DNA of 64,000 nt from an uncultured Bacteroidota bacterium. Lineage in GTDB: Bacteria > Bacteroidota > Bacteroidia > Flavobacteriales > TMED113. The notes under the pieces are model-generated. The model ran no database searches. It was not told where the DNA came from and saw nothing but the letters and a program-made list of their open reading frames with translations. Shown here in pieces: positions 1 through 9,617 of the stretch (the first letter of the stretch is position 1; every line of letters begins with the position of its first letter). The DNA lies in assembly GCA_902533035.1 (NCBI GenBank), contig CACAKI010000002.1, positions 12,191-76,190 of the forward strand, in the 5' to 3' direction. A program made the translations under genes and the position numbers.

Positions 1-493
1 CTATTTTTACTATTGGAGCACTATTTTTGTTATATAAAAATTTTGTGATTTCTTTTCCAAACTTTGTGATATTTTCTCCTTTTACAATTTCACATGCTAT
101 GTTGGCAAACACATTCATCATAGGGAATGGTGAGTCTTTTATATTATCTTTAAATTCTATTTCAATTATTTTTTCTATTTCTTTATTTTGAAAAAGAAGA
201 GAAAATAATCCACTGTCAGTTCCAATAAAATAGTGATTTTCTACTTTAGTTATTATATGCTTTTTATTTTCTTCTATTTCGGAGTCCAAGCCTATTATAT
301 GAACAGTTTTTTCAGGAAAATAAGGATATGCGTTTCTCAATATATAAGCGCATTCACCTAAATGAAAAGGAGTGATCTCATGAGATATATCAATAATTGT
401 AATAGAATTTAAATTTTTATATATATATCCTTTTACACTACTTATAAAATAATCTTTGTTTCCGTAATCAGAAGTGAGGGTGATAATTGCCAT
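1..493 (-). CDS. SAM hydroxide adenosyltransferase / SAM-dependent halogenase family protein (DUF62); C-terminal part lies beyond the window edge
   Basis: Not in the ORF track because it is open at the window edge. My reverse-strand translation from the ATG at 493..491 reads MAIITLTSDYGNKDYFISSVKGYIYKNLNSITIIDISHEITPF...PEKTVHIIGLDSE. That fits the N-terminal layout I recall for this family. Position 1 is out of frame with the CTA at 1..3, so the gene continues off-window. Confidence 0.65.
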   Translation of the reverse strand, partial: MAIITLTSDYGNKDYFISSVKGYIYKNLNSITIIDISHEITPFHLGECAYILRNAYPYFPEKTVHIIGLDSEIEENKKHIITKVENHYFIGTDSGLFSLLFQNKEIEKIIEIEFKDNIKDSPFPMMNVFANIACEIVKGENITKFGKEITKFLYNKNSAPIVKI

Positions 494-553
494 ATTATTT
501 TAATATATATTTTTTTCCTTGAATAGATCTAAAATACGTATTTATTTTTTACA

Positions 554-1504
554 TTGTGTAAAGAAAATTTGTCTGTTTTGTTAGAACGAAAAATAATATT
601 TAAAAATATAGATTTACTTGATGTTTTTGGTACAAAAGAAAAAAAATTAAAAGTAATGAAATCTTATTATCCTAATTTAAATATTACATTAAGAGGAGAA
701 GTAATGTTAGTTTTTGGTAGTAAAAAATTAGTTAATGAATTTGAAGAAAAAATAAATTATATAGTAAAACGCTATAAGATCAATAATAGTTTAGAGGAAA
801 GTGATATTCATTATATTTTTAGTGATATTGAAAATAACTTTTTTCATCAAGATGTTATTTTACATGGATATTCAGGTTTAGTTATAAAACCAAGAACAAA
901 AAATCAAAAAAAAATGATTGAAATGTCTTCAGAGTATGATATGATTTTTGTTTCTGGACCTGCTGGTACTGGAAAAACGTATACATCAGTTGCTTTGGCT
1001 GTAAAAGCTCTTAAAGAAAGAGAAGTAAAAAAAATTATCCTTACCAGACCGGCTGTTGAGAGTGGTGAAAATTTAGGGTTTTTACCAGGTGATCTAAAAG
1101 AAAAATTAGATCCATATATGTCTCCTTTATATGATTCTTTATCTGACATGTTACCTCCTGCTAAACTAAAAAAATTATTAAATGATAATAAAATAGAAAT
1201 TGCTCCACTAGCATTTATGAGAGGGAGAACTTTAGATTCTGCATTTGTGATTTTAGATGAAGCTCAAAATGCTACTATTTCACAAATGAAAATGTTTTTG
1301 ACTCGAATGGGATCTTCTGCTAAATTTATTATTACTGGTGATATGACTCAAATAGATCTACCGAAAAATCAAAAATCAGGATTACTTCATGCAATAAAGA
1401 TTTTAAAAAAAGAAAAAAAAATAGGATTTTTAAACTTGAAAGACACTGATGTAATTAGACATAAATTAGTACAATCAATAATTAAAGCTTACAACAATGA
1501 ATAA
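554..1504 (+). CDS. phoH: PhoH family ATPase
   Basis: 316-aa ORF with Walker [10 protein letters not shown], Walker B-like VILDEAQN and MRGRTL. The track start at 554 is TTG. An in-frame TTG at 578 (MLERKIIF...) is equally plausible. Confidence 0.9.
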   Translation: MCKENLSVLLERKIIFKNIDLLDVFGTKEKKLKVMKSYYPNLNITLRGEVMLVFGSKKLVNEFEEKINYIVKRYKINNSLEESDIHYIFSDIENNFFHQDVILHGYSGLVIKPRTKNQKKMIEMSSEYDMIFVSGPAGTGKTYTSVALAVKALKEREVKKIILTRPAVESGENLGFLPGDLKEKLDPYMSPLYDSLSDMLPPAKLKKLLNDNKIEIAPLAFMRGRTLDSAFVILDEAQNATISQMKMFLTRMGSSAKFIITGDMTQIDLPKNQKSGLLHAIKILKKEKKIGFLNLKDTDVIRHKLVQSIIKAYNNE

Positions 1505-2441
1505 TACTATAGTAAATACCAATTTTAAATTCCCTGGGCAAACATCTTTTTATAAAGGCAAGATTAGGGATGTTTACACAATTAATAATGAAATTCTTGT
1601 TATGATTGCAACGGATAGAATTTCTGCATTTGATACCGTATTACCAAAAGGGATACCTTATAAAGGACAAGTTCTTAATCAAATTGCTAGTTCTTTTTTG
1701 GATATGACTTCTAAAATAGTCCCTAATTGGAAAATATCAACCCCTGATCCGGTTGTTACAATTGGAAAATTATGTGACCCAATTAAGGTGGAAATGGTTA
1801 TTAGAGGTTATTTGTCTGGGCATGCATGGAGAGAGTATAAATCTGGAAAAAGAACAATATGTGGAGTTCCTATGCCAGAAGGCATGAAAGAAAATGATAA
1901 ATTTCCTAGGCCAATTATTACACCTACCACAAAAGCTAGTGTTGGTCATGATGAGGATATTTCTAGAGAAGATATAATTTCTCAAGGATTAGTAATAGAA
2001 GAAGATTATAAATATTTAGAAGAAAAAACATTGGCTTTATTTAATGCTGGCACAGAATATGCAAAAAACAAGGGGTTAATACTTGTAGACACAAAATATG
2101 AATTTGGCAAAGCTAAAAACGGTGAAATACTATTAATTGATGAGATACATACTCCTGATTCTTCAAGATATTTTTATTTATCAGGTTATGAAGAAAGACA
2201 AGAAAAGGGTGAAAAACAAAAACAATTATCTAAGGAATTTGTAAGGCAATGGTTAATTGAAAATAATTTTCAAGGTAAGGAAGGGCAAGTTATTCCGAAT
2301 ATGAATGAAGAATTTATAAATTTAGTTTCTAATCGTTATATAGAATTATTTGAAAAAATAACTAATCAGAGCTTTGATAGGGTAGATGCTTCAAATCTTT
2401 TAAATAGAGTTGATCATAATATAATGAATGCTATTAGCTAA
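1497..2441 (+). CDS. purC: Phosphoribosylaminoimidazole-succinocarboxamide (SAICAR) synthase
   Basis: 314-aa ORF with the SAICAR synthetase patterns GKIRDVY and [13 protein letters not shown]. Its ATG overlaps the phoH stop by 8 nt. Confidence 0.9.
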   Translation: MNNTIVNTNFKFPGQTSFYKGKIRDVYTINNEILVMIATDRISAFDTVLPKGIPYKGQVLNQIASSFLDMTSKIVPNWKISTPDPVVTIGKLCDPIKVEMVIRGYLSGHAWREYKSGKRTICGVPMPEGMKENDKFPRPIITPTTKASVGHDEDISREDIISQGLVIEEDYKYLEEKTLALFNAGTEYAKNKGLILVDTKYEFGKAKNGEILLIDEIHTPDSSRYFYLSGYEERQEKGEKQKQLSKEFVRQWLIENNFQGKEGQVIPNMNEEFINLVSNRYIELFEKITNQSFDRVDASNLLNRVDHNIMNAIS

Positions 2442-3054
2442 AAACATAGGATCCAATCCTAAACATGTTTGAACCACATTTATTGGCAATTTTATAATCT
2501 TGGCTCATTCCCATACATAGGATTTCGAAATCAGATGAGTTAATATATATTTGATTCAAGGTGTTAAATTCCTTTTTTATTTTTTCTTCATTTAAAGAGG
2601 CTGTTGCCATACCCATTATGCCTTTTATATTGATAAATGAGAATTGATTTTTGTTGTTATTAATTATATCAAAATTTGATTTTGATATTCCAAATTTACT
2701 TTTTTCCTGAGCTATTTTAATTTGGATTAAACAGTTAGTTACTATTTGTTTTTTTTCTGATACAGAGTTTATTTTTTCTAACAACTCAATGCTGTCAACA
2801 GAGTGGATTAAATGTATGAATGGAATTATATACTTTACTTTATTTTTTTGAAGATGACCTATCATATGCCATTTAATATCTTTTGGAAGTTTTTCATATT
2901 TTTTCAATAATTCTTGCACTCTGTTTTCTCCAAAATCTCTATGTCCAGTCTTGTAAGCATTTAAAATTTCATCAAAAGTTCTATTTTTTGATACTATAAT
3001 TAGTTTTTTAGATCCTATAACTTTTTTGATTTCTTTTATCTTTTGTGCAATCAT
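2434..3054 (-). CDS. yggS: YggS family pyridoxal-phosphate homeostasis protein
   Basis: 206-aa ORF with [22 protein letters not shown] and CMGMS, typical of the YggS/PROSC alanine-racemase-N fold family. Confidence 0.8.
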   Translation of the reverse strand: MIAQKIKEIKKVIGSKKLIIVSKNRTFDEILNAYKTGHRDFGENRVQELLKKYEKLPKDIKWHMIGHLQKNKVKYIIPFIHLIHSVDSIELLEKINSVSEKKQIVTNCLIQIKIAQEKSKFGISKSNFDIINNNKNQFSFINIKGIMGMATASLNEEKIKKEFNTLNQIYINSSDFEILCMGMSQDYKIANKCGSNMFRIGSYVFS

Positions 3055-4205
3055 GTTAACTCCATCATTATTAATCCAGTTCTTAATTTTGGAAGAATAT
3101 AAGTACTTTTTGGTGGCATTGTTTTATTTTTTTTTGCTATATCTAAAATTGTTTCAATTTTTATATTTGGAAGTAAGAAAATTAAATTATTTTTTTTTGA
3201 AATTTCATCTAATTTTAATTGAGAATTAGGTATATAATGTATGTTGTCAATTGTTTTAAAATTATGTGTATTTAAAACAGGTTTTAAAATTGAATCTGAT
3301 AAAACAAAAACAGGGATTTTATTTTCTTTTGTTGTTTTACTATCTATTTTAAAGCAATACCATTTCTTATTTATGTAAATTTTTATTTCATTTTTTTTAA
3401 TTGGGAGAATTGTCTTTGTTTCAATAATTTTCTTATTTTTTTTTATTAAATCTAGAAGTATTTTTTTTTCTTCTTTTTTCGATTTTTTTATTACTCTGTG
3501 AAAGCTTTCTAAAGCTAGCTGATCAGAACTTACTAGATATGCTAAACAAGGATTATTCAAAGCAAATGACTCATTATATGAACTAGAAGATGCGAGTCTG
3601 TGATGACCGTCTGCTATATAAAGTTGTTTGATTTTTTCAAAATATTTTTTAATTTTTAGGATGTCCTTCGAAAAATTAATAGACCATATTCTATGTATTT
3701 TTTGATCATTAGTTTTAAATTCATATTGAGCCTTTTCGTTTGTTTTATTTTTTATGAATTTTTCAATTTTTTGTTCTTTTTTATAAGTCAATAATATTGG
3801 TTCAGCATGAATTTTACATTTTTCAAGATATTTTTTAAATAATTCTTCTCTTTTGGTAATTGTATTTTCATGTGTTTTTATACATCCATTTTTATAATCT
3901 TTTGTAGACACACCACAAACAAATCCTATAAACTTTTTATTTTTATGTTTTTGTTCATATAAATATATACTTGGTTGTTTCTTAATTAGAATGTTTTTGT
4001 TTTTGAAATTTTCTATTCTTTTTTTTATTTCAGAAAGATTATTGGCTTTATTTTTTTTTTCTAGAATTTTTAAATAACTAATCGGGTTGGCTTTTAATTC
4101 TTTTTTTATTTCATTTTTGGAGTATTCCGGATATGATTTTATAGAAAAATTTTTTAATTTTTCTTTTCTTGCAATTAAAGCTTGAAATTCAGAGATTTTT
4201 ACCAA
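3051..4205 (-). CDS. DUF1015 family protein
   Basis: 384-aa ORF with the conserved ADGHHR motif and overall DUF1015 layout. It overlaps the downstream yggS-like gene by 4 nt. Confidence 0.7.
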   Translation of the reverse strand: MVKISEFQALIARKEKLKNFSIKSYPEYSKNEIKKELKANPISYLKILEKKNKANNLSEIKKRIENFKNKNILIKKQPSIYLYEQKHKNKKFIGFVCGVSTKDYKNGCIKTHENTITKREELFKKYLEKCKIHAEPILLTYKKEQKIEKFIKNKTNEKAQYEFKTNDQKIHRIWSINFSKDILKIKKYFEKIKQLYIADGHHRLASSSSYNESFALNNPCLAYLVSSDQLALESFHRVIKKSKKEEKKILLDLIKKNKKIIETKTILPIKKNEIKIYINKKWYCFKIDSKTTKENKIPVFVLSDSILKPVLNTHNFKTIDNIHYIPNSQLKLDEISKKNNLIFLLPNIKIETILDIAKKNKTMPPKSTYILPKLRTGLIMMELT

Positions 4206-4209
4206 TGTT

Positions 4210-5163
4210 TTACTTATAAAAATTAATTATTTGATTTGCTAATTCTAGCCCTATTCTATCTTGAGCTTCAATGGTAGAGCCTCCAATGTGAGGCGATAGT
4301 GATATCTTTTCATTCATTAGGATCTTTATACTTGGATTTGGCTCGTTTTCAAAAACATCTAATCCAGCAGACTGAACTTTTCCATTTTCTAAAGCTTTAA
4401 TAAGTTCATCTTCATCAATAACACCTCCTCTAGCAGTATTTACAATACAAACCCCGTCTTTCATCATTTCAAATTCTTTTTTACTAATTAATGCTTTATT
4501 ATCTATTTTTGGTATGTGAAAAGTAATAAAATCAGATTTTCTTAAAACATTTTCAATAGAAGTAGTGGTTATTTTAAAATTTATATTTTGATTATCAAAA
4601 AAAGAAATAGTGATTATACTTTTATCAATAAATTTATCATGAGCAATAATCTTCATTCCTAATCCCAATCCAATTTTTGCTACTTCTTGTCCAATTCTCC
4701 CAAAACCTATTATTCCAAGAGTTTTTTTATTTAATTCTTTTCCTTTAGAATATGTTTTTTTTAAATTTTTAAATCTTGTTTCCCCCTCTAAGGGCATTTT
4801 TCTATTTGAACTATGAACATGTCGAGAGATGTTAAAAAAATGAGTGAATACTAGTTCAGCAACAGAAAGTGATGATGCGGCTGGTGTATTGATAACGTGA
4901 ATACCTTTTTTTTTAGCATATTCTACATCAATATTATCCATTCCAACACCCCCTCTACCTATAACTTTCAAGTTAGGGCAGTTATCAATTAATTCTTTTC
5001 TTGCTTTTGTGGCAGACCTAACTAATAGGACTTCAATATTATTTTCATTTATAAAATCAATTAATTTTTCTTGTTCTATTTTAGAGTTTATAACTTCAAA
5101 ATTATTTGATTCAAGAGTTTTAATACCATTTTCTGATATTCCATCATTTACTAATATTTTCAT
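4210..5163 (-). CDS. serA: D-3-phosphoglycerate dehydrogenase (short form, no ACT domain)
   Basis: 317-aa ORF with the 2-hydroxyacid dehydrogenase NAD-binding motif GIIGFGRIGQEVA, NTARGGVIDE and HIGGST. It lies directly downstream of serC. Confidence 0.85.
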   Translation of the reverse strand: MKILVNDGISENGIKTLESNNFEVINSKIEQEKLIDFINENNIEVLLVRSATKARKELIDNCPNLKVIGRGGVGMDNIDVEYAKKKGIHVINTPAASSLSVAELVFTHFFNISRHVHSSNRKMPLEGETRFKNLKKTYSKGKELNKKTLGIIGFGRIGQEVAKIGLGLGMKIIAHDKFIDKSIITISFFDNQNINFKITTTSIENVLRKSDFITFHIPKIDNKALISKKEFEMMKDGVCIVNTARGGVIDEDELIKALENGKVQSAGLDVFENEPNPSIKILMNEKISLSPHIGGSTIEAQDRIGLELANQIINFYK

Positions 5164-5164
5164 C

Positions 5165-6232
5165 TTAAGCTTTTTTTTCTAATTCATTCATAACATCAAC
5201 TAATACTTGTACACTATCAATATTCATAGCATTGTACATTGAGGCGCGATATCCGCCTACTGACCTGTGCCCTTTCAATCCATTAATTCCACTTTTTTCC
5301 CACATGGAGTTAAACTTTTCTTCTAGTTTTGGTTCATTAAGTAAAAAAGTCACATTCATTGTAGAACGATCTTCTCTATTTACAGTTCCGGTGAAGAGCG
5401 AGTTAGAGTCAATAGTTTTATATAATAGATTCGCTTTCTGATGATTTCTTGTTTGCACCCAATTTATTCCACCATTTTTTTTCAACCATCTTAACGTCAA
5501 CATTGATACATATACTGAAAAAACAGGGGGAGTATTAAACATACTATTTTTATTAATATGAGTTCTGTAATCTAACATTGTAGGAATCATTCTACCTGTT
5601 TTTCCTAGGATGTCTTTTTTGACAATAACTAAAGTTGCACCAGCAGGACCTAAGTTTTTTTGGGCTCCTGCGTAAATTAAATCAAACTGAGATATGTCAA
5701 TGTTCCTACTAAATATATCAGAGGACATGTCACAAACTAGGCTTATAGGTGATTTTGGAAAATCTTTTATTTGAGTTCCAAATACGGTATTATTAGATGT
5801 GCAATGAAAATAATTAGCATCTTTTGGAATAATATATTTTTTGGGAATGTAATTGTAATTCTTTTCTTTAGAGCTAGCAATTATGACAGTTTTTCCAAAT
5901 AATTCAGCCTCTCTAATTGCTTTTGAGGACCATGTACCAGTGTCTAAATAGACTGCTTTTCCATTTTTCTTCATTAAATTAATTGCAACCATTAAGAATT
6001 CTAGGCTTGCTCCACCTTGAAGAAAAAGTACAGAGTAGTTTTCAGGAATATTTAACAATTCTTTTGTTAAACTAATAGCTTCATCCATAACTTGAACAAA
6101 ATCTTCACTTCTATGAGAAATTTCGATAAGAGATAAATTTAAGTTGTTAAAATTTAAGATTGAATTAGACGCTTCTTGAAAAACTTCTTTAGGTAAAATA
6201 CAAGGGCCTGCGCTAAAATTATGTTTCAACAT
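5165..6232 (-). CDS. serC: Phosphoserine aminotransferase
   Basis: 355-aa ORF with the N-terminal NFSAGPCILP and the PLP-lysine region YAGAQKNLGPAG. Confidence 0.9.
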   Translation of the reverse strand: MLKHNFSAGPCILPKEVFQEASNSILNFNNLNLSLIEISHRSEDFVQVMDEAISLTKELLNIPENYSVLFLQGGASLEFLMVAINLMKKNGKAVYLDTGTWSSKAIREAELFGKTVIIASSKEKNYNYIPKKYIIPKDANYFHCTSNNTVFGTQIKDFPKSPISLVCDMSSDIFSRNIDISQFDLIYAGAQKNLGPAGATLVIVKKDILGKTGRMIPTMLDYRTHINKNSMFNTPPVFSVYVSMLTLRWLKKNGGINWVQTRNHQKANLLYKTIDSNSLFTGTVNREDRSTMNVTFLLNEPKLEEKFNSMWEKSGINGLKGHRSVGGYRASMYNAMNIDSVQVLVDVMNELEKKA

Positions 6233-6579
6233 TATTTATGTAAGTAACTTTGTTTTTTTAATAATTCTTCTTCAGACTCAACAATTTTTTCATTTGGAAC
6301 ACAACAATCTACCGGGCAAACTGCTGCACATTGAGGTTCTTCATGAAAACCTTTACATTCTGTGCATTTTGTTGGAACGATATAATAAAACTCTTCATCT
6401 ATAGGGTCCATACTTTTGTCAGAATTTATTTCTTCTCCAGACATTGATTGTACTAACCCTGATAAATTAGTACCTTCTGACAGCTTCCAAGGCATGGAGC
6501 CTTCGTAAATAGCATTATTTGGGCATTCTGGCTCACATGCTCCACAATTAATACATTCATCAGTTATTTTTATAGCCAT
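6232..6579 (-). CDS. 4Fe-4S ferredoxin
   Basis: 115-aa ORF with two cluster motifs, [12 protein letters not shown] and CAAVCPVDC. Confidence 0.85.
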   Translation of the reverse strand: MAIKITDECINCGACEPECPNNAIYEGSMPWKLSEGTNLSGLVQSMSGEEINSDKSMDPIDEEFYYIVPTKCTECKGFHEEPQCAAVCPVDCCVPNEKIVESEEELLKKQSYLHK

Positions 6580-6609
6580 ATTAAAAAATTAAAGTACTAT
6601 AAATTTATT

Positions 6610-6617
6610 CAAATATA
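6610..6617 (-). promoter_or_regulatory. Bacteroidota-type -7 promoter box (TATATTTG on the minus strand) for the fdx-serC-serA unit
   Basis: The plus strand reads CAAATATA, which is TAnnTTTG on the minus strand, 31 nt upstream of the ferredoxin ATG. Confidence 0.4.
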
Positions 6618-6669
6618 TTTAAACATATAGTATATTTAATTTTAAAGTTATTTTAATAAATATTTTAAT

Positions 6670-7668
6670 TTGAATTTATCTGATAGAATTAAAGCTTTTG
6701 AAAAATTAGGAATTGTTTGTAGAGATCTAGCTTGTAGTAAAAAACATTCAATATTTGGAGAAGCATCTCTCGAAAATGAATTTTTTACTAAGGAAAATGT
6801 AATTCAAGCACTTGTTTCAATTTCTAATCTATTAACGAAATCTAAACTTGAAAAATGGATTTATTCTTATGATTTAAGTTTATATAAAAAACCAAAAAAT
6901 ATTGGTGTTTTTTTAGCAGGAAACATTCCTTTAGTTGGCTTTCATGATTTTTTATGTGTTTTAATATTAAATCACAAATTTATTGGTAAGTTTTCATCAA
7001 AAGATTCTGTTTTATTTAATTATTTAGTTGATCAATTGTTAATTATAGAACCCAGATTTAGATCAAAAATATTTTTTCAAAAAAAGATATTTCATTCAGA
7101 TATTTTTATATGTACCGGGAATGATTTTTCAGCTCAATATTTCGACTTTAATTTAAATTCTAAGCCTAGAATCATAAGAGACAGTAAAGCTAGTATTGCG
7201 ATTTTTGATGGCAATGAAACCACACAAAATATTATGTTATTAATGAAAGATATTTTTTTGTACTTTGGGTTAGGATGTAGAAATGTGTCAAAATTATATA
7301 TCCCGAGGGATTATGATATTCAATCCATAAAGAAATATTTTTTAGATTATAAACATTTATTGAAGCATAATTTTTATTTTGATAATTATATATATTATAA
7401 GGCTTTTTTAAAACTTAAAAAGGAGAATTTTTTAGATTTTGGAAGTATATTATTATTAGAGTCAAACGAGTTATTTTCTCCTATTTCAGTTCTCTATTAT
7501 GAGTATTATGATGATTTTCATGACTTTCCAGTAGATCTCTCTAAAATACAATGTGTTGTTTCACGTAATAATCATTTGAATCATGTTTTTTTTGGAGAAT
7601 CACAAACTCCAGAATTATTTGATTACGCAGATGGTGTAGATACTATAGATTTTCTTTTAAAGAATTAA
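6670..7668 (+). CDS. Acyl-CoA reductase (LuxC-like) family protein
   Basis: 332-aa ORF with a TTG start. The N-terminus MNLSDRIKAFEKLG and overall layout resemble the LuxC-like 'acyl-CoA reductase' I recall being conserved next to fdx/serC in Flavobacteriia. No catalytic motif was verified. Confidence 0.5.
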   Translation: MNLSDRIKAFEKLGIVCRDLACSKKHSIFGEASLENEFFTKENVIQALVSISNLLTKSKLEKWIYSYDLSLYKKPKNIGVFLAGNIPLVGFHDFLCVLILNHKFIGKFSSKDSVLFNYLVDQLLIIEPRFRSKIFFQKKIFHSDIFICTGNDFSAQYFDFNLNSKPRIIRDSKASIAIFDGNETTQNIMLLMKDIFLYFGLGCRNVSKLYIPRDYDIQSIKKYFLDYKHLLKHNFYFDNYIYYKAFLKLKKENFLDFGSILLLESNELFSPISVLYYEYYDDFHDFPVDLSKIQCVVSRNNHLNHVFFGESQTPELFDYADGVDTIDFLLKN

Positions 7669-7721
7669 TTTTTTTTTTGTAACTTTACATCTGTACTCTG
7701 CCTCATTTAACAATTTATTTT

Positions 7722-9605
7722 ATGAAAAAAAATGTAATTTTATTGCTGTTTTTTTTTCCTTTCTTCTTCTTTTCGCAAGAAGTTTGTTCCGATTATGATG
7801 CATGTAATTATGCTTATGAGGGGGATTGTGAGTATGCTGTATTATATTATGATTGTAATGGTAGTTGTGTAAATGATTTAGATAATGATGAGGTTTGTGA
7901 TGAATTAGAGATTTTTGGTTGCACGGATGGGTCTAGTTTGGATGGGAACCCAATGGCTTGTAATTTTAATCCACTTGCTACTGAGGATGATGGCTCTTGT
8001 TTATATCCTGGTTTTATTTATGATTGTGATGGTGTTACATGTTTAACTGATACAGATGGTGATGGAGTGTGTGATGAAAATGAAGTTTTTGGATGTAATG
8101 ATTCTAATGCTTACAATTTTAATTTACTTGCAACAGAAGATGATGACTCTTGTTGGTATCCAGTTTTTGGTTGTCTTAACCCTTTAGCAGGTAATTATAA
8201 TCCTTATGCAGATTTAGATGATGATTCTTGTGTTTTTTCACCTTGGATTTTTAATTCTACAGATTGTAATATGACAGTTTTAATTCCTAATGATGCTGAC
8301 CTTTTAATAGATGATTATAATTTGGAATTTGGAGACTGGATAGGAGCTTTTTATAAAGATGAAAATAATCAATTGTTATGTGGGGGTGCTGTTATGTGGA
8401 AAGAGGAAACAACTTCTATTGCAATTTGGGGTGCTGAAAATGGTTTAGATAATGGTTTTCAAAATAATGAAGAAATAACTTGGAAAGTATTTCAGAATCA
8501 ATCTGAAAGCATATTAATTCCGGAATTTAATTTTGGGTCAAATACATATAATTGCAATGGATTGGGGGGATTGGAGGAATTATCAGTTTTTAATCAAGAA
8601 ATTTATTTTCCAGCAGGATGGACTATTTTTTCTTCTTATATCATACCTATTGATAATGATGTAGAGAAAATTTTCGAAAATATTGATGATTTAATTATTA
8701 TTAAGGATCAAAATGGAGATGTTTTTTGGCCTTCTTTAGGAATTAATCAGATAGGAGGTGTTAATTTTAACGAAGGTTATATCGTAAAGATGGATTATGA
8801 ATCTTCCGGAAACAATTTGGTTTTATCTGGAGAGCTAATTCCTTCTGATACAGAAATAATTTTTAATGCAGGGTGGAATATTATTTCATATTTAAACAGA
8901 GAATCTGCTCCAGTTGAAGATATGATGGAGTCAATAGAACAAGATTTAATTATCATAAAAGACGAAGATGGATTAATTTATTGGCCCCAATTTGGTGTAA
9001 ATAGTATGATTAATATGTATCCAGGAAGAGGTTATCAAATTAAATTAAATACAGATTTGTCATTTTCTTATCCCTCTGTTTCTAGTGCGAGGTTTTTTGA
9101 TTTTGGAAATGATTTACAAACAACACATTATTCAAACCCTAAAAAAACAGGTGAAAATATGACTATAGGTATTCCTATTTCTAGTTGGGATTGCCCGCTC
9201 TCTTTGGGTGATGAAATAGCAGTATTTTCTAATGATGGTCATTTAGTTGGTTCACAAATTTTTGATGGCAAATCGATGGCTATATCAATATGGGGAAATG
9301 ATTTTTCTACTTTGGAAAAAGATGGAATAGATTCTGGCGAATATTTTTATTTTAAATTATGGGATAATAATCTGAAGGAAGAAAAATATTTGAAAGTAGA
9401 TAGTTGGATTGAAGGTTCTGAATTTTATTATCCTAATTCAATAAGTATCACAGGTAGTATATCAATTAATTTTAATCAAATAGATGAAAAAGAGATAGTG
9501 CAAAAATTTGATTTAATGGGCAGAAACGTAATAAGTTTCAACGAAAATCAAATAGGGTTTATTTTATATAAGGATGGTTCTGTATACAAGAAAATAAAAC
9601 AATAA
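7722..9605 (+). CDS. Secreted modular protein with Cys-rich N-terminal repeats and a T9SS C-terminal sorting domain
   Basis: 627-aa ORF with signal peptide MKKNVILLLFFFPFFFFSQ. It has four copies of a C..D..ACN(Y/F)N..A..DD(D/G)SC module interleaved with DxDxDxVCDE calcium-binding-like loops. The C-terminus ...KFDLMGRNVISFNENQIGFILYKDGSVYKKIKQ looks like a type IX secretion CTD. Confidence 0.7.
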   Translation: MKKNVILLLFFFPFFFFSQEVCSDYDACNYAYEGDCEYAVLYYDCNGSCVNDLDNDEVCDELEIFGCTDGSSLDGNPMACNFNPLATEDDGSCLYPGFIYDCDGVTCLTDTDGDGVCDENEVFGCNDSNAYNFNLLATEDDDSCWYPVFGCLNPLAGNYNPYADLDDDSCVFSPWIFNSTDCNMTVLIPNDADLLIDDYNLEFGDWIGAFYKDENNQLLCGGAVMWKEETTSIAIWGAENGLDNGFQNNEEITWKVFQNQSESILIPEFNFGSNTYNCNGLGGLEELSVFNQEIYFPAGWTIFSSYIIPIDNDVEKIFENIDDLIIIKDQNGDVFWPSLGINQIGGVNFNEGYIVKMDYESSGNNLVLSGELIPSDTEIIFNAGWNIISYLNRESAPVEDMMESIEQDLIIIKDEDGLIYWPQFGVNSMINMYPGRGYQIKLNTDLSFSYPSVSSARFFDFGNDLQTTHYSNPKKTGENMTIGIPISSWDCPLSLGDEIAVFSNDGHLVGSQIFDGKSMAISIWGNDFSTLEKDGIDSGEYFYFKLWDNNLKEEKYLKVDSWIEGSEFYYPNSISITGSISINFNQIDEKEIVQKFDLMGRNVISFNENQIGFILYKDGSVYKKIKQ

Positions 9606-9617
9606 TTATAGGTATAC

